DNA of 64,000 bases, from NCBI GenBank assembly GCA_040235475.1, contig JBECKY010000057.1, positions 2,257 to 66,256 of the forward strand. The letters run 5' to 3'. The translations under genes and the position numbers were made by a program. Each line of letters opens with the position of its first letter. Positions within the stretch are counted from its first letter, which is position 1. Below, piece after piece: positions 58,578 to 64,000 of this stretch. The notes beneath the pieces were generated by a model that saw only the letters and a list, made by a program, of their open reading frames with translations, searched no databases and was not told where the DNA came from. This DNA comes from Pseudomonadales bacterium (GTDB lineage: Bacteria > Pseudomonadota > Gammaproteobacteria > Pseudomonadales > UBA3067).

Positions 58578-60512
58578 ATGAAAACAAAACACATAGAAAC
58601 TGCCAATACAATTTACAACCTTAAAAACTGGGCCGAAGGTTATTTCGAGATCAGCGAAAGTGGCCAGTTGGCGGTCAAGTCAGATAATGGTTCGAGTATT
58701 GCGCTCACCGATATTGTCGAAAAGGTTCAGCAAGCAAACGGAAATTTGCCCGTATTGCTGCGCTTTAAACAGATCTTAAGAAGCCGGGTATTGTCCTTGC
58801 GCCAAGCCTTTGTTAACAGTCTGGCAGGGGAAGATTGTCAAGCAGAATACCTGCCGGTTTATCCTATCAAAGTTAACCAGCAAGCCGGTGTGGTAGAGGA
58901 GATACTCGGGGCCGGGGAAGAGAACTTTCGCGTTGGGCTCGAAGTGGGCAGCAAGGCAGAATTAGTTGCCGCCATTGCCAGCTGCCTGAAGCGTTATGGT
59001 GCTACACCCGAAAAAGCCACGATTATTTGTAATGGCTATAAAGATCAGGAATATCTAAGGCTGGCCCTTATTGCCAAGGGTATGGGCTTGCAAGTTTATA
59101 TCGTTATAGAAAAACTAAATGAACTCAGGCAATTGCTCAAAGTTGCTGATGAAATATCAATAACACCGATGATTGGTTTGAGGGTCAGGCTCAGCTCTAT
59201 TGGAAAAGGCAATTGGCAGAATTCCGGTGGAGAAAAATCCAAATTTGGTTTAACTGCAATTCAACTGCTGTCAGCGGTAAAACTATTGCAAAGCAAAGAA
59301 GCCCTGGGAAGTTTAAGTTTGTTACATTTTCACCTGGGCTCGCAGCTATCGAATATTCATGATATCAAAAATGGCTTAAGAGAGGCCGGGCGTTATTACA
59401 GCGAACTACATGCCATGGGTATAAATATCCGCTGGTTGGATATTGGTGGCGGTCTGGGGGTTGATTACGAAGGCAGCCGTTCAAGAAGCTACTGTTCAAT
59501 GAATTACAGTATGAATGAGTATGCACATAACGTAGTGCATACTTTAAAAAAACTCTGTGATGAAAAACAATTACCTTTTCCCGGTATCATCACTGAAGCG
59601 GGTCGCGCTATGTCAGCCCACCATGCTGTGTTGGTAACACAAGTCGTTGATAACGAAGCGATGGCCGACACACCTGAGCTGCAAGCCGAGATTAAAAAAG
59701 TAATACATGAAGGCGATATCATTCATCCCGTACTTGACGAGCTTGCCGGATTGGTTAAGCAGATCAGTACGGCTAACTCATTTGAGCAGGTAGAACTGTA
59801 TCATGATATCTGCGCTACCTTCAGGGAGCTGACGCAATTATACATCCATGACAACATCAACCTTGAACAAAGAGCTTATGGCGAAAGCTTGTATCAACAA
59901 GGTTGTGTGCAGTTATTGGAAAGCATCGGTTCAGGCAGCAGAATAAAGCAGGAAATTATTGCAGAATTAAAAGAAAAAACCGTCGATAAAATGTTTCTGA
60001 ATTTTTCCGTGTTCAGATCCTTGCCTGATGTGTGGGGTATTGGTCAGGTATTCCCAATTGTGCCGCTTGCCAGGCTTGATCAACCGATTAAAAGAAGAGC
60101 AACCCTGCACGATATTACCTGTGACTCTGATGGCAGAATTGAAGATTATATTAATGGCGAAAATCTTGAAAAAACTTTTCCTATCAGTAGCGAAAACCAA
60201 AAAACGGGTGCACTTATAGGGATATTTTTGGTGGGTGCTTACCAGGAAATATTAGGCGATAACCATAATTTGCTGGCCTATACAGATTCTGTCGATATTG
60301 ACATTAACGCGGCTGGTGAAATGGTCATGGGTAAAATAAAGCGTGGCGACACAGTAAGCTCGGTGTTGCACGATGTGAGTTATAATGCCAATGAACTGCA
60401 AGCACAGCTTGGCGCAGGCCTTGAAAGGGCGGATATAGATGACCAGCTAAAACAAGATTTTCAAAATACTTTGGATGACTTTATGGATGCATATACCTAT
60501 TTGAAACTCTGA
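58578..60512 (+). CDS. speA: Biosynthetic arginine decarboxylase
   Basis: YPIKVNQ (PLP lysine), HFHLGSQ, DIGGGLG, TCDSDG, GAYQEILG; 644 aa. Confidence 0.96.
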   Translation: MKTKHIETANTIYNLKNWAEGYFEISESGQLAVKSDNGSSIALTDIVEKVQQANGNLPVLLRFKQILRSRVLSLRQAFVNSLAGEDCQAEYLPVYPIKVNQQAGVVEEILGAGEENFRVGLEVGSKAELVAAIASCLKRYGATPEKATIICNGYKDQEYLRLALIAKGMGLQVYIVIEKLNELRQLLKVADEISITPMIGLRVRLSSIGKGNWQNSGGEKSKFGLTAIQLLSAVKLLQSKEALGSLSLLHFHLGSQLSNIHDIKNGLREAGRYYSELHAMGINIRWLDIGGGLGVDYEGSRSRSYCSMNYSMNEYAHNVVHTLKKLCDEKQLPFPGIITEAGRAMSAHHAVLVTQVVDNEAMADTPELQAEIKKVIHEGDIIHPVLDELAGLVKQISTANSFEQVELYHDICATFRELTQLYIHDNINLEQRAYGESLYQQGCVQLLESIGSGSRIKQEIIAELKEKTVDKMFLNFSVFRSLPDVWGIGQVFPIVPLARLDQPIKRRATLHDITCDSDGRIEDYINGENLEKTFPISSENQKTGALIGIFLVGAYQEILGDNHNLLAYTDSVDIDINAAGEMVMGKIKRGDTVSSVLHDVSYNANELQAQLGAGLERADIDDQLKQDFQNTLDDFMDAYTYLKL

Positions 60513-60557
60513 ACCGCGCCTGGTTTAAACGGTAAGTAAATTATTGAGGATTATGCC

Positions 60558-60917
60558 ATGTCGCTTTTAACTTTCCTGGAAAAAATCAAGAAAGAGCCAG
60601 AAGTTGTAAGTTTTGATGACACCATGGCAATGATTGAAGCAAGCTATGTGTTCAATGAAACGGCGTTTATAAATGGAGAAATAAGAAACGCAGCAGGGCA
60701 GAATAATGGTTCCTGCAAAATATTTGCATTCGGCCACCTGAATCATTTAACGGAAAGTCAGACTTTGCATTGCTTTGGCGAATATTACCGCCAAGACGTG
60801 CTGGGAAACCCCGGTGGCGATAACCATCAAAATATAAGAAATTTCATAAGGCAGGGTTGGCAGGGCATTAGTTTTGAGAACGCAGCGCTGGTAAAGAAAG
60901 GCAATGCACAGGCCTGA
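60558..60917 (+). CDS. HopJ-family protein
   Basis: NAAGQNNGSCKIFAFG, FGEYYR, HQNIRNF, GWQGI. Confidence 0.88.
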   Translation: MSLLTFLEKIKKEPEVVSFDDTMAMIEASYVFNETAFINGEIRNAAGQNNGSCKIFAFGHLNHLTESQTLHCFGEYYRQDVLGNPGGDNHQNIRNFIRQGWQGISFENAALVKKGNAQA

Positions 60918-61197
60918 TGTTTATATCAAGCCAGCAGTTGGATTTTAAGCTCAAGATTAACGTTGATGACTTGTTCAGAAGCTCTCTGGATTCTGTGGAG
61001 TGCCTCAGCGCCAGGCGCTGACTGACGTTGGCGCTGTCTAAACATCGGCTTGTATATAAAGTGAATTTGTGTTTCCTTAAGGGCTGTAATGAGTCAACAT
61101 CATGGATATGAACCTTGCAATAAGCGCTGGCATAAAGTGACAAAGCTCGGCTTTTTTCACAAAAAAATAATAAAAGGTAATTAAAAAGGAGGACAAT

Positions 61198-62736
61198 ATG
61201 TCTGTGAAGCATTTTGACACCCTGATGGTGGGTGCCGGTTTATCTGGGATCGATGCCGCTGTCCACATGAGTCAGGAGTGCCCCAATAAAACCTGGGCGA
61301 TTCTGGACGGACGGAAAAATCTCGGTGGTACCTGGGATCTGTTTCGTTATCCTGGTGTGCGTTCTGATTCCGATATGTATACCCTGGGGTTCCCGTTTAA
61401 GCCATGGAACGATCGCAGGTCTATCGCTCCAGGCAGTACAATTTTAGAGTACATTAAAGAAGCTGCCAGCGAATTTGGCGTGGATAAAAACATCCATTAC
61501 GAACACCAGGTCAAGCGTGCAAGCTGGTCTAGCGAAGACGCTAAGTGGACCGTAGAAGCAGAAGTTGGCGTCAACAAAGAGATTCTGCGCTATACCTGTA
61601 ATTTCCTTTATATGTGCAGTGGCTACTACAATTATGCAGGCGGTTATATGCCGGACTTTCCCGGCGCAGAGAATTTTAAAGGCCCCCTGATTCATCCACA
61701 AAAATGGCCTGAAGATTTAGATTACAGCAATAAGCGTGTGATTGTTATTGGCAGTGGAGCCACTGCTGTGACCATCGTGCCAGCCATGGCCGAGAAAGCT
61801 GCCCATGTTCAAATGCTGCAACGTTCACCTACTTATGTACTGGGCCTGCCTGACTGGGATCCCATTACAGAAGGTATACGAAAAATTCTTCCTGGCCGAA
61901 TTGCATCTGCTATTAATCGGATGAAAAATGTCTGGTTAGCGGTGGGATTTTTTCAAATTTCGCGAAAATGGCCCAATGCCATTCGCAAAGTTTTACGCTT
62001 TCATGCCAAGCATCAGTTAGGCGATTCATGTGATGTTGATGTGCATTTCAAACCCAGTTACAACCCGTGGGAAGAGCGTCTGTGCCTTGCCGCCAATTCA
62101 GATATATTCAAAGCCATTAAATCTGGCAAAGCGGAAATGGTGACGGATCATATCGAAACGTTTACCGAGAAGGGTATTAAGCTCAAATCCGGTAAGGAAT
62201 TGGAGGCGGATATTATTGTCTCAGCAACGGGTCTCGATCTTATTCCACTGGGTGGTGTTGAATTTACAGTAGACGGTAAGCCCTGGTTACCGGGGAAGAG
62301 CATGACCTATAAAGGCATGATGTTCCGTGATGTGCCCAATTTAGCGCTGGCTTCTGGTTATACCAATGCCTCATGGACATTGAAATGTGATCTTACCAGC
62401 CAGTATGTGTGTCGCCTGATTAACTTTATGGATCAACATAACTATCAATACTGTCTGCCTCGTAACAATGATCCTACTTTGGAAGAATTGCCCTTTGTTG
62501 ATTTCAGGTCGGGCTATATCCAGCGGGCCATTGATAAATTTCCCAAGCAGGGTTCTAAGGCTCCGTGGAAACTGTATCAAAATTATGTGCTGGATATTTT
62601 CAGTTTAAAATTTGGTAAGCTGGAAGACGAAGTGATGGAATTTGTACCTGCGGCCGCAGCTGCCCGATCAGAAGCGTCGACGGCTTCAGCAGCCAGTGTA
62701 AAAAGTACCAGTAATGTAAAACAAAGCGTCGCTTAA
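61198..62736 (+). CDS. Flavin-containing Baeyer-Villiger-type monooxygenase, EthA/AlmA-like
   Basis: GAGLSG, GGTWDLFRYPGVRSDSD, fingerprint FKGPLIHPQKWP, GSGATA; strong RBS AAGGAGG. Confidence 0.92.
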   Translation: MSVKHFDTLMVGAGLSGIDAAVHMSQECPNKTWAILDGRKNLGGTWDLFRYPGVRSDSDMYTLGFPFKPWNDRRSIAPGSTILEYIKEAASEFGVDKNIHYEHQVKRASWSSEDAKWTVEAEVGVNKEILRYTCNFLYMCSGYYNYAGGYMPDFPGAENFKGPLIHPQKWPEDLDYSNKRVIVIGSGATAVTIVPAMAEKAAHVQMLQRSPTYVLGLPDWDPITEGIRKILPGRIASAINRMKNVWLAVGFFQISRKWPNAIRKVLRFHAKHQLGDSCDVDVHFKPSYNPWEERLCLAANSDIFKAIKSGKAEMVTDHIETFTEKGIKLKSGKELEADIIVSATGLDLIPLGGVEFTVDGKPWLPGKSMTYKGMMFRDVPNLALASGYTNASWTLKCDLTSQYVCRLINFMDQHNYQYCLPRNNDPTLEELPFVDFRSGYIQRAIDKFPKQGSKAPWKLYQNYVLDIFSLKFGKLEDEVMEFVPAAAAARSEASTASAASVKSTSNVKQSVA

Positions 62737-62765
62737 AATAGTTTAAAAAGCAGTAAATATATAAA

Positions 62766-62796
62766 GGCCAGCGTAAGTATTTCGCTGGCTTTTTTT
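62766..62796 (+). terminator. Rho-independent terminator after the monooxygenase
   Basis: GGCCAGCG-N9-CGCTGGC followed by seven T. Confidence 0.85.
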
Positions 62797-62827
62797 ATGG
62801 ATATCAATCTTGTTTTCATTAATAAGC

Positions 62828-62861
62828 TATTCATCTTGCTGTAACACTCCCTCCCTAATCT
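62828..62861 (+). promoter_or_regulatory. Candidate Pho box (PhoB) promoter
   Basis: TATTCAT-CTTG-CTGTAAC (7-4-7, 62828-62845) and a -10-like TAATCT after a 10-nt gap. Confidence 0.55.
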
Positions 62862-62945
62862 ATTTTGTACCGGAATTTACCAGAACGTAGTCGAGGTACG
62901 TAAGGTAGATTTAATAAGTCTTATTTCACATGGGAGAGCCAAATT

Positions 62946-64000
62946 ATGATACGTAAAAATTTAGTCTTTTATGCTGTATCTATTGCAGCGGTGAGTGCCA
63001 GCGTAGTGATTGCCGATCAAGGCAAGCATGAAGGCCACTTTAAATTTGCACCATTGACCGAATCTGCCAAAGGCGCTGATTGGAATCCGGCGGCACCCTG
63101 GAAGTTGCCCAAGGGCTTTGCCCAGTCTGTTGTGTCTGACGAAACCGCCCTGAACATTTATGATGGCGGTCGTGATGACTGGCACGACATGAACACTGTA
63201 AATGAAACAGGTCCTCAAGCAGGACGGTATATGTATCGTACCCATGAGGTTCGTAATGAGCCTGAAGGCGGTGCCGTTTCGGTGGTGGATCTAAAGACAG
63301 GTGAAACAAAAATACTTGCTCAGGATAACAGCTGGACGGCCTTGGATGGCATTCGTTGGACTCCATGGGGCACTTTATTGTTTGCAGAAGAAACCACGGG
63401 CGGACGTTTGTTTGAAGTCAAGCTTGATCCCAATGACCCGATGAAGGCGCTGGAAGTTATTGATCGTCCTGCTGTTGGTCGTTTGGCGCATGAAGGTATT
63501 GACGTGGATGAAAAGGGGAATGTTTATATTGTCGATGAGCACCGCGGCCGTACTTCCGGTTGCAATAATATAAGGCCTTGTGGTGGAGGCATTTACAAAT
63601 TTGTACCTGACATGTATGGCGACTTGTCTTCAGGATCCTTGTATGTTCTGGGTATTGAAGCAAGTATGCGTCGTGATAATACCGGGCAGGGCGTGTGGCT
63701 AGGGCCAATTGATTCATCCCATGCCCGTGAGTCCGGGACTGAGTTTGGTGGCGTCAGTTACCAGCGTCCTGAAGACCTGGAAATTATTGGCAGCAGTCTT
63801 TATGTGGCAGTCACTGAAGGCCCACTTGATGAATACGGAAATGAATATTATGAAGGCCGTGTTCTTGCTATTAATCTGGAAACAATGGACGTAAGCAATT
63901 TTGTGAAGCCTGGCCTTAACGTTCCCGTTGAAATTGGCAAACCTGGCCAAGCGGGCCACCAAACTGGTTTTGACAGCGTTGACAACCTGGCTGAAGCGCC
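62946..64000 (+). CDS. PhoX/DUF839-family secreted phosphatase-like protein, running off the window end (absent from the ORF track)
   Basis: Translated by hand, open for 351 codons: MIRKNLVFYAVSIAAVSASVVIA leader; THE, TPWGTLLFAEE, GRLAHEG, YKFVP, QRPED, SVDNL. Confidence 0.85.
   Translation, partial: MIRKNLVFYAVSIAAVSASVVIADQGKHEGHFKFAPLTESAKGADWNPAAPWKLPKGFAQSVVSDETALNIYDGGRDDWHDMNTVNETGPQAGRYMYRTHEVRNEPEGGAVSVVDLKTGETKILAQDNSWTALDGIRWTPWGTLLFAEETTGGRLFEVKLDPNDPMKALEVIDRPAVGRLAHEGIDVDEKGNVYIVDEHRGRTSGCNNIRPCGGGIYKFVPDMYGDLSSGSLYVLGIEASMRRDNTGQGVWLGPIDSSHARESGTEFGGVSYQRPEDLEIIGSSLYVAVTEGPLDEYGNEYYEGRVLAINLETMDVSNFVKPGLNVPVEIGKPGQAGHQTGFDSVDNLAEA

Noticed and set aside
60558..60917. Type III secreted effector or pathogenicity island
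   Set aside because: No secretion apparatus, chaperone or mobility genes nearby; the family name alone is not evidence.
62961..63962. Short ORFs listed in the last kilobase
   Set aside because: All are shadows of the long + strand PhoX-like frame starting at 62946, which lacks a stop inside the window.

Overview
Chromosomal replication-origin region of a gammaproteobacterium with Pseudomonas-like gene order (lineage inferred from synteny only). Left replichore, on the - strand: glmS, glmU, atpIBEFHAGDC, parB, parA, rsmG, mnmG, an orphan ORF, mnmE, yidC, yidD, rnpA, rpmH. A candidate oriC lies between rpmH and dnaA. Right replichore: dnaA-dnaN-recF-gyrB, plsC, gmhB, glyS/glyQ, trkH/trkA, rsmB-fmt-def, LysM (TsaP-like)-dprA-purE-tsaC-hemF-aroE-prlC-yheV, the znu/zur locus, rep, comM, ubiK, a TorF-type porin with glnK-amtB, divergent speE/speA, a HopJ-like gene, an EthA/AlmA-type flavin monooxygenase, and a PhoX-like gene cut off by the window end. 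I found no rRNA, tRNA, CRISPR array, IS or prophage. The window is mostly conserved housekeeping DNA and I cannot support a wholly new multi-gene system. Best leads: (1) an atypical PhoX-family protein with Asp in place of the Fe-ligating Cys, a Sec-type leader and a Pho-box promoter; (2) the fine structure of oriC (no perfect DnaA box, no GATC, trio-like repeats, 11-bp phased boxes); (3) two parS sites written into recF; (4) purE without an adjacent purK; (5) speE/speA without speB or speD. All gene calls come from recognising motifs and synteny by eye; no database searches were run.
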